DNA from: Fimbriimonadaceae bacterium
GTDB taxonomy: Bacteria; Armatimonadota; Fimbriimonadia; Fimbriimonadales; Fimbriimonadaceae
Reading direction: 5' to 3'
NCBI GenBank assembly: GCA_019638795.1
Contig: JAHBTB010000003.1
Coordinates: 48,295 to 112,294 of the forward strand
Length of the DNA stretch: 64,000 nucleotides
Positions 18,299 to 28,095 of the stretch are shown here, piece by piece (positions within the stretch are counted from its first letter, which is position 1; each line of letters begins with the position of its first letter). Below the pieces are notes generated by a model. That model was not told where the DNA came from. It made no database searches and saw nothing but the letters and a program-made list of their open reading frames with translations. Made by a program: the position numbers and the translations under genes.

Positions 18299-19486
18299 TT
18301 GAGAACCACTGTCACATTCGTCCTGCTCCTCGCCGCAGCCGGCGCAGGGGCCCAGTCCCTTTCACTCACCGAAGCCCTTGCCCAGGCAAGGCACAACCGA
18401 CCCGCCGTCCATGCCGCCCGCCTCAACACGGAGCGGGCAAGACTCTCCGCCCGCGCCGCGGGTGCCTACCCCGGCCCCACGTTCGGACTGGGCCAGTCCA
18501 GTCAGCCCGACCTCGGTGCGACCGACCAAGACCTCTACGTGTCCCAGCCTCTCGACATCTTCGGGCGGGTCGCCGCCTCACGGGCCGTGGGCCGCGCCCA
18601 GGTGGCCGTGGCCCAGACGGAAGAGCGACAAGCCCTCCTTGAACTGCAGGACGAAGTCATGCGCGCCTACGTCGAAGCGGTGGCCGCCACCCGGCTTTCT
18701 GCCGCGGCCGAGGCCCAACGGTCTGTCGCCGAGTCTGTCCACCAGGCGACACGCCGACGCTTTGAAGAGGGACGCGTCCCCGAAGTCCAGGTGACCCGGG
18801 CCGAGATCGAGTTGGAGCGGGCCAAACAGTCTGCTCTTCTCCGCAAATCGGCCTTAGAGGCGGCGTTGACACGCTTGGCGGCGTCCGTCGGGCAGTCCAG
18901 CCCCGTGCCCGCGGTCGATGTCGCCCCAAGCCTGGTCGACCCGGCCGTGAGCCTGGACGGCCGCCCCGACATCCAGGCCCTTGAGGCCAAGCGCCGGCTC
19001 ACCGAGGCGGAGGCCACCACCACCGCCAAGAGCCACTTGCCCGAGATCGACCTCGTCGGCCTTCGCAGCCCATGGCGCGGCGACGAGCACACCGTCGGTG
19101 TCAGGGTCCAGTTGACCTGGTCACTCAACCCCGGACGAAGTCGGGACGAGCAGGCCGCGGCCCGCAAGGCCGCCGAGGCGGACGCCAAAGCCGCTGAGGA
19201 CCTCCGGCGCCGGGCACAGGCCGAACTCGGAGCCGTCGACATCGAGGTCGCGGCGGCCCGCCGGCAGGTGGAGTCTCTCGAAGCGGTCAGGCAAGCGGCC
19301 TCTGACCTCGTGAAGAAGTCTCAGGTCGGCTACTCCAACGGCTACAGCACCCTTCTCGACGTCCTCGAAGCGACACGGGCCGTCCGTGAGATCGACGTGG
19401 ACCTCGCAGAAGCCCAGCTGCGGCTTGACCTGGCCCTGGTCCACAAGCACACCGTCGGCGGCAAGCTGGTCGAGGTGGCCCGGTGA
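18299..19486 (+). CDS. czcC: TolC-like outer-membrane factor of heavy-metal RND efflux system (CzcC family)
   Basis: Signal peptide MRTTVTFVLLLAAAGAGAQS. Two OEP-type repeats rich in coiled-coil Ala/Arg/Glu segments. TTG start. The stop overlaps the czcB start (GTGA). Confidence 0.85.
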   Translation: MRTTVTFVLLLAAAGAGAQSLSLTEALAQARHNRPAVHAARLNTERARLSARAAGAYPGPTFGLGQSSQPDLGATDQDLYVSQPLDIFGRVAASRAVGRAQVAVAQTEERQALLELQDEVMRAYVEAVAATRLSAAAEAQRSVAESVHQATRRRFEEGRVPEVQVTRAEIELERAKQSALLRKSALEAALTRLAASVGQSSPVPAVDVAPSLVDPAVSLDGRPDIQALEAKRRLTEAEATTTAKSHLPEIDLVGLRSPWRGDEHTVGVRVQLTWSLNPGRSRDEQAAARKAAEADAKAAEDLRRRAQAELGAVDIEVAAARRQVESLEAVRQAASDLVKKSQVGYSNGYSTLLDVLEATRAVREIDVDLAEAQLRLDLALVHKHTVGGKLVEVAR

Positions 19487-21015
19487 AGTTCCTCGCTCCC
19501 ATCTTGGCCACCGGCCTCCTCCTCGCCGGGTGCGCGTCCGCCCCGCAAGCGAAGACCGAGGAGCATGGTCACGACGAGGGTCATGCCGAGTCGGGCCACG
19601 TGGCACTGGACGCCGAGCAACGCGAACTCGCGGGCATTGAGACTGCCGTCGTGTCGTCGCGCCCGGTCCGGGCGACCCTCGACGTGCCCGGCGTCGTCAA
19701 CGCGACGACCAAAGGCAGCGCCTTGGTCACCCCGCCCGTCGCCGGTCGGGTGGTCTCCATCAACGTCGGCCTCGGCGACACCGTGCGGCAGGGGCAGGTC
19801 CTCGCCACCCTCGAGTCACCTGAGCTTGCCCAAGCCTGGTCTGGCGTCGCCGAATCCGAGCGGATCCGCGACAGCGCCGAGGCGTCGGTGAAGGACGCCA
19901 AGGCCGATGTCGAACTCGCCCTTGCCAAGCTTGCCGCCAGCCAAGCCCAGTTGGCCCGCCAGCGCGACCTCGCCCGGGCCGGCGCCTTCAGCCAGGCTCC
20001 CGTCCAGCAGGCCCAGAGCGAACTGAACGACGCCCAAAGCGAGTTGCTTGCCCTCCAAAAGGAACAGGCCTCCCACGCCGAGGCCGTCCGACGCCTTGAG
20101 AACTTGTACCGCGACGGCATTGTCTCGCGCGCCGACCTCGACGCCGCCCGGCTCGAGTCCCAGCAGGACTTGATCCGGGTCGACCGCGCCCGCTCCCGTG
20201 TCGCCAACGCCAAACAGACGTTAGCCCGCGAACAAGACATCGCCTCGCGCGGACTCCTGAACGCCAAGGAACTCCAGGGTGCCGAAGCCGACGCGAAGGC
20301 GGCCCAGATCGAAGTCGACCGGGCCCGGGTGCGGGTCAGGTCGGCCGAAGCGGCCCGGACCAACGCGGAGAAGGCGGTCAGCATCGCACGGGCGACGTAC
20401 CGGTCCACCAGCGCCGGGGGAGGTTCTGGAGGTCGAGTCTCCTTGGTCGCCCCGATCTCGGGGACGGTGACGAACCTCGCCGTGACCAAGGGCCAAGCGG
20501 TCGACCGCACCCAGGCGCTCATGACCGTCGAAGACCTCGCCTCGGTCTGGGTCACGGCCAGTGTTCCCGAGGCCGACGCGGCCAAGGCCCGTGTCGGCGC
20601 GGCGGTATGGGTCACCGCCGCCGCCCTACCGGGTCGCGAGTTCCAGGGCGTCGTCCAGGTCGTCGGCAGCCGGGTCGACCCCAAGACGCGGTCGGTGCCG
20701 GTGCAGTGCCTGGTGACGGGTGCGGCCGGCGCCCTTAAGCCCGAGATGTTCGCGACGGTCAAGGTCGCCCTCGGAGCCAGCTACGAGGCCCTCGCCTTGC
20801 CCGCGTCCGCCCTGGTCAAAGACGGCAAGAAGACTCTCGTCTTCGTCGAGCATGAGGGTGAGTACGAAGCGGTCGAGGTCGAACCAGGGCCCGAGACCGA
20901 GGGCTACGTCGTCGTCAAGTCGGGCCTCAAGGCCGGGCAGACCGTCGTCGTCAAGGGCGGCTTTGTCCTGAAGAGCGAGATGGAGAAGGACGAACTCAAG
21001 GGGCACGAGCACTGA
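19483..21015 (+). CDS. czcB: RND efflux periplasmic adaptor (CzcB/HlyD family), lipoprotein with His-rich termini
   Basis: Lipobox LLLAGC. His-rich N-terminal stretch EEHGHDEGHAESGH. Lipoyl-like and beta-barrel segments (SPISGTVTNLAVTKGQAV, LMTVEDLASVWV). Long coiled-coil hairpin. C-terminus KGHEH. Confidence 0.88.
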   Translation: MKFLAPILATGLLLAGCASAPQAKTEEHGHDEGHAESGHVALDAEQRELAGIETAVVSSRPVRATLDVPGVVNATTKGSALVTPPVAGRVVSINVGLGDTVRQGQVLATLESPELAQAWSGVAESERIRDSAEASVKDAKADVELALAKLAASQAQLARQRDLARAGAFSQAPVQQAQSELNDAQSELLALQKEQASHAEAVRRLENLYRDGIVSRADLDAARLESQQDLIRVDRARSRVANAKQTLAREQDIASRGLLNAKELQGAEADAKAAQIEVDRARVRVRSAEAARTNAEKAVSIARATYRSTSAGGGSGGRVSLVAPISGTVTNLAVTKGQAVDRTQALMTVEDLASVWVTASVPEADAAKARVGAAVWVTAAALPGREFQGVVQVVGSRVDPKTRSVPVQCLVTGAAGALKPEMFATVKVALGASYEALALPASALVKDGKKTLVFVEHEGEYEAVEVEPGPETEGYVVVKSGLKAGQTVVVKGGFVLKSEMEKDELKGHEH

Positions 21016-24000
21016 TGCTCGAACGCCTCTTGCGGTTCAGCCTCACCCAGAGGTTCTTCGTCATCGTCGGCACATGCCTCCTTGTCGGGATCGGCGCGGT
21101 CTCGTGGAGGCGGCTCAACCTGGACGCCGTCCCCGACGTGACGACCAACCAGGTCGTCGTCAACACCGAGACGGGCGGCATGGGGCCCGAGGAGGTGGAG
21201 AAGCTCGTCACCTTTCCCATCGAGACGGCGATGGGCGGGTTGCCCGGTGTGGACAACGTCCGTAGTCTCAGCCAGTTCGGCTTGTCCCAGGTCACCGTCA
21301 CCTTCCACGACAATGTGGACACCTACTTCGCCCGGCAACTGGTCAATGAGCGCCTGAACGGTGTCAAAGGCCAGTTGCCGGAGGGTATCGAGCCGCCCCA
21401 GATGGGCCCGGTTTCGACGGGATTGGGCGAAGTCTATATGTACGCCCTTGAGTCCGAGACCCGGAGCCCGATGGAGCTCCGCACCCTCCAAGACTGGACC
21501 ATCGCCCCCCAACTGCGGACCGTCCCCGGCGTCGCCGAGGTCAACGCGGCCGACGGCAGTGTCAAGGAGTACCAAGTCGTCGTCGACCAACGCGCCCTGC
21601 TGGCCAGGGGCCTGGCCGTAGACGAGGTCGTCTCTGCCCTCCAGCGGAACAACCGTAACGCCGGTGGCGGCGTGCTGGAACAGAACGGCGAGCGGATGCT
21701 CGTGCGCTCCGTCGGCATGGCGACGACAGTAGGCGACATCGAGCGGACAGTGGTGAAGTCCGAAGGCGGGGTACCCGTCCTCGTCCGCGACGTGGCGACG
21801 GTCCAGCTGGGCATCCCCACGCTCACCGGCGTGTCCACGAAGGACGGCCGCGAGGCGATGGTCGGGGTCGTTCTTATGCTCAAGGGCGCCAACGGCCGCG
21901 ACGTGGCCAACGCGGTGCACCAAAGGGTCGAGGATATCCGCGACCAACTCCCCGACGACGTCAAACTCACGACCACCTACGACCGGTCTCATCTGGTGGA
22001 CGAAGTCCTCCACACCGTGGCCAAGAGCCTTCTCGAAGGTGCCGCGCTGGTCGTGGTCGTGCTTGTCTTGCTCCTTGGCAACGTGCGGGGTGCCGTGGTC
22101 GTTTCGCTCGCGATCCCCCTCGCGATGCTCTGCGCGGTGGTCGGCATGCAAGCCTTCGGCGTCTCAGGCAACCTGATGAGCCTTGGAGCGATCGACTTCG
22201 GCCTGATCATCGACGGGGCGGTCGTCATGGTCGAGAACGCGGTGCGCCGCTTGGCCGAGGCAAGGGAGCATAAGGGGACGACCCTGACCAGGGCCGAAGT
22301 CAGGCAGAGCGTGTGGGACGCCGCCAAGGAGGTCGCCAAACCGACCGCCTTCGCCGTGTCGATCATCACGGTCGTCTACCTGCCCATCCTCACCCTGGAG
22401 GGGACGGAGGGCAAGATGTTCAAGCCCATGGCTCTGACCGTGGTCTTCGCCCTCCTTGGCGCATTGGCCCTGACGATGACCTTCGTCCCCGTCCTTGCCA
22501 GCCTGGTGCTGTCGGGTGACACCCGCGAGGGCCGGAACCCGGTGATGGCGTTCTTCAGCCGGATCTACGCCCCCGTGCTGGACTTCGCCCTCAGCCGCCG
22601 CGGGGTCGTGACGGGCGCGGCGATGGCGGTCTTGGCCGTCGCCGGTGTGGTCGGCGGCCGACTGGGGTCGGAGTTCGTGCCTCAACTCGACGAAGGCTCG
22701 ATCGTCATCCAGCCGGTCCGTGTCCGCACCGTGGACGTCGCCCAGACGATCAAGCTGGTCACCGCCTACGAACGCAAAGTGCTGGAGGTACCCGAGGTGA
22801 TGACGGTCTTCTCGCGAAGCGGCACCCCCGAAGTCGCCACCGACCCGATGCCGATGAGCCTGACCGACAGCTTTCTGATGCTCAAGCCCACCAACCAGTG
22901 GCGGAAGGGCATGACGAAAGCCAAGCTTATCGAGGAACTCGAGGCCAAGGTCAGCGAGGTTCCGGGCCAGGGCTACAACTTCACCCAACCGATCCAGATG
23001 CGGTTCGCCGAACTGGTGTCGGGCGTGAAGGCGGACGTCGGGGTCAAGGTCTTCGGCGACGACCTCGGCGAACTCAAGGCCAAGGCGGACGAGATCGCGG
23101 ACGTCCTCCGCGGGATACCTGGGGCCCAAGACGTCGAGGTCGAGCAGGTTGACGACGTGCCCGTCCTCCAAATCGAGATAGACCGCGACGCGACCGCGCG
23201 CCTCGGCGTCACCATTGACGAGATCCAGGAACTGATCGAGGTGTCCCTCGGTGGCAAGCCCGTCGGCCAAGTCGTGGAGGGTGACAAGAGGTTCGATGTC
23301 ACCGTCCGTCTGCCGGAGGCCCAACGGAAGGACGCCGAAGCGGTGAGGCGGGTGCTGGTCGAGACGCCGGACGGCGGGTCTGTCCCGCTCAGCGCCCTGG
23401 CCCGGATCGACGACGTCCCTGCCCCGGCCCAGATATCCCGCGAGTCGGGTAAGCGCCGTGTCGTCGTCCAACTCAACGTCAGGGGGACAGACCTCGGTTC
23501 GTTTGTCAACCGGGCCCGGGCGGAGATCAAGGAGAAGGTCAAGCTCAAGGAAGGCACTTACCTCACCTGGGGTGGCCAGTTTGAGAACCTCCAGCAGGCG
23601 TCCCGACGCCTCGCCGTCGTCGTGCCATTGGCCCTGGCGATGATCTTTGTCCTGCTGTTCACCACCTTTGGGTCGCTGAAGCAGGCTCTCCTCGTCTTCA
23701 CCGGTGTCCCCTTGGCGGTGACCGGAGGAGTCGTGGCGCTGGCCGTCCGTGGCATGCCGTTCAGCATTGCCGCCGGGGTCGGTTTCATTGCGCTCTCCGG
23801 CGTCGCGGTGATGAACGGTCTCGTGATGGTCTCGGCGGTCAACCGCCTGAGGGCCGACGGGCTGGGTGTGGTCGACGCGGTGAGGACGGGGGCGCGGGAA
23901 CGCCTCCGGCCCGTGCTGATGACGGCCCTCGTCGCCGCCCTCGGGTTTGTCCCGATGGCGTTCAACACCGGCATCGGAGCGGAGGTCCAACGACCCCTCG

Positions 24001-24089
24001 CCACCGTCGTGGTGGGTGGGATCCTCACCGCGACGGTGCTCACCTTGGTCGTCCTTCCGTCGCTCTACGCCATGTTCGAGCGGGACTGA
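21015..24089 (+). CDS. czcA: Heavy-metal efflux RND transporter (CzcA/CusA, HME family)
   Basis: 1024 aa with 12-TM RND architecture. HME signature in TM4 (GAIDFGLIIDGAVVMVEN). The N-terminus (MLERLLRFSLTQRFFV) is typical of CzcA/CusA. Confidence 0.93.
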   Translation: MLERLLRFSLTQRFFVIVGTCLLVGIGAVSWRRLNLDAVPDVTTNQVVVNTETGGMGPEEVEKLVTFPIETAMGGLPGVDNVRSLSQFGLSQVTVTFHDNVDTYFARQLVNERLNGVKGQLPEGIEPPQMGPVSTGLGEVYMYALESETRSPMELRTLQDWTIAPQLRTVPGVAEVNAADGSVKEYQVVVDQRALLARGLAVDEVVSALQRNNRNAGGGVLEQNGERMLVRSVGMATTVGDIERTVVKSEGGVPVLVRDVATVQLGIPTLTGVSTKDGREAMVGVVLMLKGANGRDVANAVHQRVEDIRDQLPDDVKLTTTYDRSHLVDEVLHTVAKSLLEGAALVVVVLVLLLGNVRGAVVVSLAIPLAMLCAVVGMQAFGVSGNLMSLGAIDFGLIIDGAVVMVENAVRRLAEAREHKGTTLTRAEVRQSVWDAAKEVAKPTAFAVSIITVVYLPILTLEGTEGKMFKPMALTVVFALLGALALTMTFVPVLASLVLSGDTREGRNPVMAFFSRIYAPVLDFALSRRGVVTGAAMAVLAVAGVVGGRLGSEFVPQLDEGSIVIQPVRVRTVDVAQTIKLVTAYERKVLEVPEVMTVFSRSGTPEVATDPMPMSLTDSFLMLKPTNQWRKGMTKAKLIEELEAKVSEVPGQGYNFTQPIQMRFAELVSGVKADVGVKVFGDDLGELKAKADEIADVLRGIPGAQDVEVEQVDDVPVLQIEIDRDATARLGVTIDEIQELIEVSLGGKPVGQVVEGDKRFDVTVRLPEAQRKDAEAVRRVLVETPDGGSVPLSALARIDDVPAPAQISRESGKRRVVVQLNVRGTDLGSFVNRARAEIKEKVKLKEGTYLTWGGQFENLQQASRRLAVVVPLALAMIFVLLFTTFGSLKQALLVFTGVPLAVTGGVVALAVRGMPFSIAAGVGFIALSGVAVMNGLVMVSAVNRLRADGLGVVDAVRTGARERLRPVLMTALVAALGFVPMAFNTGIGAEVQRPLATVVVGGILTATVLTLVVLPSLYAMFERD

Positions 24090-24098
24090 CACCGACCC

Positions 24099-24126
24099 GG
24101 GCCGGAGGCGACCGCACCTCCGGCCC
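24099..24126. terminator. GC-rich hairpin between convergent czcA and the alpha-galactosidase gene (possible bidirectional terminator)
   Basis: GGGCCGGAGG (24099-24108) pairs with CCTCCGGCCC (24117-24126) around an 8-nt loop. It sits in the 51-nt convergent spacer. No U-tract on either side. Confidence 0.45.
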
Positions 24127-24140
24127 AAGGGCCGGCCCCG

Positions 24141-26030
24141 TCAGAAGACCTTGACCAGCACGGCGCTGTGCCTGGGCACCGTGGCCGAGTACGACCCCGA
24201 GAAACCGCCGAGGTCACGCGCCCGCCACAGGTCGCGGACCCGGTGGCGACCCGTCAGCTTGAGGTCGCCAAACTTCGCTGTGACCGTCGCCGGCTCCTCA
24301 CCCCGGTTGAAGAGACCGACGGCCGTCGACCCGTCGGCAAGGGGCCGCGCCCAAACCTCGGTCTGACCGTCGACGGCAATGCGGGTGGCGGGCTTGCCCA
24401 GTTCGTCTTGGTCGACGTCGATGACGTCATGGTTGGTCAAGAGGTCTAGCGTGAAGCGGTCGATCTGGGTCAAGTCGCAGCCGATCAGTAGTGGTGCGGC
24501 CTGGAGCGCCCACATCGTGATGTGGGTCAACTGTTCGTGAGGGGTCAATTTGGTCGAATGGAGCTTCTCGCCCCAACCCAGCTTGCCCACGACCAGCATG
24601 TCAGGGTCGTTCCAGTGCCCCGGGCCGCCGCCAGCCGCCCACTTGTCGCCTTGGAACCCGATTCCCGCCATGCTGTTCCAGGTGTCGGTGATGTCACCGG
24701 TCGTGCGCCAGCAATTGCCCCCGACCTCGGCGCCCCAATCCCAAACCTTCCCCATCCCGTATTGGCACAGAGAGTAGACGATGTCCCGCCCGCTCGCCTT
24801 GAGGAAGCCTCCCATGAGGCGGTACGGCTTCTGGAGGGCGGCCAAATCCGGCTGTGGGGCGACCGAGCTGTAGGAGCACCAGTCGTATTTCAGGTAGTCG
24901 ACCCCCCACGCCGCATAGGTGTCGGCGTCTTGCTTCTCAAACTTATAGCTGGCCGTGTACCCGGCGCAAGTCTTGGGGCCGGGCGACGAGTAGATGCCAA
25001 GCCTCAGGCCACGGGCATGGACCTGCTCGGCCAGGTACGACATGTTCGGAAACTTCTCGTTCGTGCGGATGATCCCGTCCGGTCCCCGGTCGGCCTCCCA
25101 ACTATCGTCAATGTTGACGTACTGGTAACCGTAAGCCGCCAGGCCGGTCGAGACAAACGACTTGGCTGCGTCGAGTACCCGGTCTTGGGTGACGGCCAAC
25201 GCCCAGCAGTTCCAGCTGTTCCAACCCATCGGCGGAGTCAGGCAGAGGTTGCCACGGCTGTCGATCCGGACAGTCCGCCGGTCGGTACCACCGGGGCCGG
25301 AGACGACAAACACCACCTTGTGGTCCGCCGCGGTCGCGACCGCCCCGCGCACGACCCCGGTCTTTTCGTCCAGCGACAACCCGGCCGGTAGGTTCTCCGC
25401 CCGGTAGGTCAGAGGCGCCTTGCCGGTCGCCGGGACACGCCAGACGAAGTCGTGTCCGGCCGTGCAGCCGAGGACCCGGGGGCCGTGGACCTGCGTCTTG
25501 TCGCCGAACCCATGGGCGATCTCGGGCAAGGGCTCCGGTGGCGGGACAAAGGCACGGACGGTCTTCTCCCGCCCGCGGGCGACCTTGACCACCGGCTCCA
25601 GCCAGTCGCCATGGTCATAGTCGATGCCGTCTCCACCGTCGTCGACGAGGAGGAGCATCTTCTTCGCGCCCTTCAATGGGACGGTGACCCGGGCAGGTTG
25701 GTCTCCCTTGCTCATGACCGGCGTCGCCGCGACCTCCTTGCCGTCAAGGACGACCTTGAACGTCACCGAACCCGGTGCCGTCACCTCGTCGTCCACCCCG
25801 CACAACGCCGAAAACGACTCCGCCTTACCGTCCAGTTCGACGACAAACCGGCTGACCGCATGGGTGCCGATGCCGCGCTCATACCGGTGGCCCGCGACCG
25901 ACAGGGGGTGTCCGTCCACGGAAAGGTTGCGATGCACCTCACCCCAGTCTTGGGTGACGTGCCGGAGGTCGAGGTCTTCGATGTGGACCTCGCCACCGGC
26001 CATGGCGGCAAGCAAGACGACGCTGAACAT
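24141..26030 (-). CDS. GH27 alpha-galactosidase with N-terminal NPCBM-like carbohydrate-binding domain
   Basis: GH27 motifs PPMGWNSWNCW, YQYVNIDDSWE, GIYSSPGPKTCAGY and DYLKYDWC. The N-terminal roughly 130 aa (DWGEVHRNLSVDGHPLSVAGHRYERGIGTHA ... FSALCGVDDE) resemble NPCBM. Confidence 0.88.
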   Translation of the reverse strand: MFSVVLLAAMAGGEVHIEDLDLRHVTQDWGEVHRNLSVDGHPLSVAGHRYERGIGTHAVSRFVVELDGKAESFSALCGVDDEVTAPGSVTFKVVLDGKEVAATPVMSKGDQPARVTVPLKGAKKMLLLVDDGGDGIDYDHGDWLEPVVKVARGREKTVRAFVPPPEPLPEIAHGFGDKTQVHGPRVLGCTAGHDFVWRVPATGKAPLTYRAENLPAGLSLDEKTGVVRGAVATAADHKVVFVVSGPGGTDRRTVRIDSRGNLCLTPPMGWNSWNCWALAVTQDRVLDAAKSFVSTGLAAYGYQYVNIDDSWEADRGPDGIIRTNEKFPNMSYLAEQVHARGLRLGIYSSPGPKTCAGYTASYKFEKQDADTYAAWGVDYLKYDWCSYSSVAPQPDLAALQKPYRLMGGFLKASGRDIVYSLCQYGMGKVWDWGAEVGGNCWRTTGDITDTWNSMAGIGFQGDKWAAGGGPGHWNDPDMLVVGKLGWGEKLHSTKLTPHEQLTHITMWALQAAPLLIGCDLTQIDRFTLDLLTNHDVIDVDQDELGKPATRIAVDGQTEVWARPLADGSTAVGLFNRGEEPATVTAKFGDLKLTGRHRVRDLWRARDLGGFSGSYSATVPRHSAVLVKVF

Positions 26031-26164
26031 GGGTGTCGCCCAGTCTATTGCATCTCATGGAGGTTCTGCCAAAGGGCCGAACGGCCCCTTTTTGCGACTT
26101 GGCCGCACCGGCGTCCGTACCGACGGACAAGGCCGTCCGCGACCTGTCAAGGAGAGTGACAAAG

Positions 26165-26674
26165 ATGACCACGATCGGAGACGTCTTGATGATCGTCAGC
26201 ACCCTGCTGGCCATGGCCTGTGCGACTTGGGCGACCCTGGTGTTCGCTGCGCTGATGTTTCCCGGCAGGACGGCGGCTGCCGCCCTGGAACTGGAAAACC
26301 ACCCCTTCCGCGCCTTTGCCAGCGGCCTGGCCGTCACCATCGTCGGCTCGGCCGTGGCGACGGTCCTCGTCAGTCTGCCTCTGCCGTTGGTGAAAGCACT
26401 CGGGTTCGTCGTCTTCGGCGCCGTCCTCTGCCTGTCCTTCCTCGGAATGGCCGGACTGACGCGCCTCGCCGCCCGACAGGTGAAGGGCGCCGGTGGGCCG
26501 GACCAGCCCTTCGCCGGTTATCTGCGGGGGGCCGCCCTTGTCGTCGGCGCCGCTTCGATACCGTTTGTCGGTTGGCTGCTCTTCGCTCCCGTCCTTCTCG
26601 TGGTCGGCGTCGGGGCTGGGTTGCGGGCCTTTGTCCGCGCCACCGCGCCCGAACCCTTCGGAGCCGAGGCATGA
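26165..26674 (+). CDS. Integral membrane protein (about 4 TM), unknown function
   Basis: ATG at 26165 (MTTIGDVLMIVSTLLAMA...) and four hydrophobic segments. The stop overlaps the DUF1800 start (ATGA). The track start at 26033 was rejected as an N-terminal extension. Confidence 0.65.
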   Translation: MTTIGDVLMIVSTLLAMACATWATLVFAALMFPGRTAAAALELENHPFRAFASGLAVTIVGSAVATVLVSLPLPLVKALGFVVFGAVLCLSFLGMAGLTRLAARQVKGAGGPDQPFAGYLRGAALVVGAASIPFVGWLLFAPVLLVVGVGAGLRAFVRATAPEPFGAEA

Positions 26675-28095
26675 ACGTCTCACGTCGGGCCGCCCTCGGT
26701 CTTCTGGGGGGTTCGGCAGTCGCCCTGGCCGGCTGCGACCGGATGGCCCGTGGCGTCCGTGAGTTCACCAAGTCGAGCCCCGAGCCCCCGCGACCCGGCC
26801 AAGAGCAAGACGCCAGGTTCCTCAACCGGTTTGGCTACGGGCCACGACCCAGCGACGTCGCCGTCCTGGCCACGAAGGGCCGGGAAGCCTGGCTTGACGA
26901 ACAACTCCGTCCTGGAGACGAGCCCCTGGACGTCCAGCTCATGGTCCGTCGACTGGACATCGAACAGCTCGGCCCATGGGACTTGCGCGATTGGAAGCGG
27001 GAGGCCGTGCTCGCCCAGATGCAGCAGAAGGCGATCATCATGGCCACCTACTCCCCGTGGCAGTTGCGCGAGCGCATGGTCGACTTCTGGACCAACCACT
27101 TCAACATCTACACGGGCAAGGGCCTGGCCGTCTACCGCAAACCGATGGACGAGCGCGAGGTCGTCCGCAAGCACGCCCTCGGCAAGTTTCCCGACATGGT
27201 CCGGGCCAGTTCGCGGTCCACGGCGATGCTCGTCTTCCTCGACCAGCAGAACAGCACTGCCGCGCACCCCAACGAAAACTACGCCCGCGAACTGCTGGAA
27301 CTCCATACCCTCGGCGTCCACGGCGGATACACCCAGAAGGACGTCATGGAGGTCGCCCGGTGCTTGACCGGCTATGACGAAGAGCGCGGGTTCTTGCGCA
27401 AGAAGGGGTCGTTTGTCTTCCGTCCGGAGCTCCACGACAACGGTGAGAAAGTGGTCCTCGGACATCGCATCCCGGCCGGTGGTGGCGAGTCGGACGGCGA
27501 CCGGGTCGTTGAAATCGTCACCCGCCACCCGGCCACGGCGCGGTTCATCGCCCAGAAGCTGTGCCGGTTCTTTCTCGGCGACGACGGCAAACTGGCCGAG
27601 GAAGCGGTCGCCGAGGCATACCGTGCGACCGACGGAGACATCCCCTCGATGATCAAGGCGGTCGCCAGCCACCCGGCGGCCCTAGGGGGCCGTCCGGTGG
27701 TCAAGCGCCCCTTCGACTATCTCGTCTCGGCCCTGCGGGCGACGGACGCCCAAACGGACGGGGGGACGGCGGTCCAGAAGCACCTGGCCGACATGGGCCA
27801 GCCCCTTTACCAATGGCCGATGCCCGACGGGTTCCCCGACCGTACCCGGGCTTGGACAGGTTCCCTGCTCGGACGGTGGAACTTCGCCTTCGACCTCCTC
27901 GCCGGACGGCTGGACAGGACAAGCGTCGACGCGGCCGCCCTCCTGCGCCGGACCGGACTCGACCCGGTCGGCTGTGTCTACGGTGTGGCGGCGGGTTCAC
28001 CCGTCGCCGATCGTGTCCGGGATGCGGTGGCCGGACTCCCCACGCCCGACGCCCTCGCCCTAGCCCTCGCCGCCCCGGAGTTCCAATGGCGATGA
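26671..28095 (+). CDS. DUF1800 domain protein with Tat-type signal
   Basis: MNVSRRAALGLLGGSAVALAGC, then FLNRFGYGPRP ... EAWLDEQL ... MVDFWTNHFN ... ELLELHTLGV, characteristic of DUF1800. The track ORF 25624-28095 is a read-through artefact upstream of 26671. Confidence 0.85.
   Translation: MNVSRRAALGLLGGSAVALAGCDRMARGVREFTKSSPEPPRPGQEQDARFLNRFGYGPRPSDVAVLATKGREAWLDEQLRPGDEPLDVQLMVRRLDIEQLGPWDLRDWKREAVLAQMQQKAIIMATYSPWQLRERMVDFWTNHFNIYTGKGLAVYRKPMDEREVVRKHALGKFPDMVRASSRSTAMLVFLDQQNSTAAHPNENYARELLELHTLGVHGGYTQKDVMEVARCLTGYDEERGFLRKKGSFVFRPELHDNGEKVVLGHRIPAGGGESDGDRVVEIVTRHPATARFIAQKLCRFFLGDDGKLAEEAVAEAYRATDGDIPSMIKAVASHPAALGGRPVVKRPFDYLVSALRATDAQTDGGTAVQKHLADMGQPLYQWPMPDGFPDRTRAWTGSLLGRWNFAFDLLAGRLDRTSVDAAALLRRTGLDPVGCVYGVAAGSPVADRVRDAVAGLPTPDALALALAAPEFQWR

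Noticed and set aside
25624-28095. 823-aa plus-strand ORF spanning the alpha-galactosidase antisense region, the 4-TM gene region and DUF1800.
   Set aside because: It is a read-through of an open frame. A recognisable protein (Tat signal + DUF1800) begins only at ATG 26671, which overlaps the stop of the preceding membrane-protein gene in another frame.
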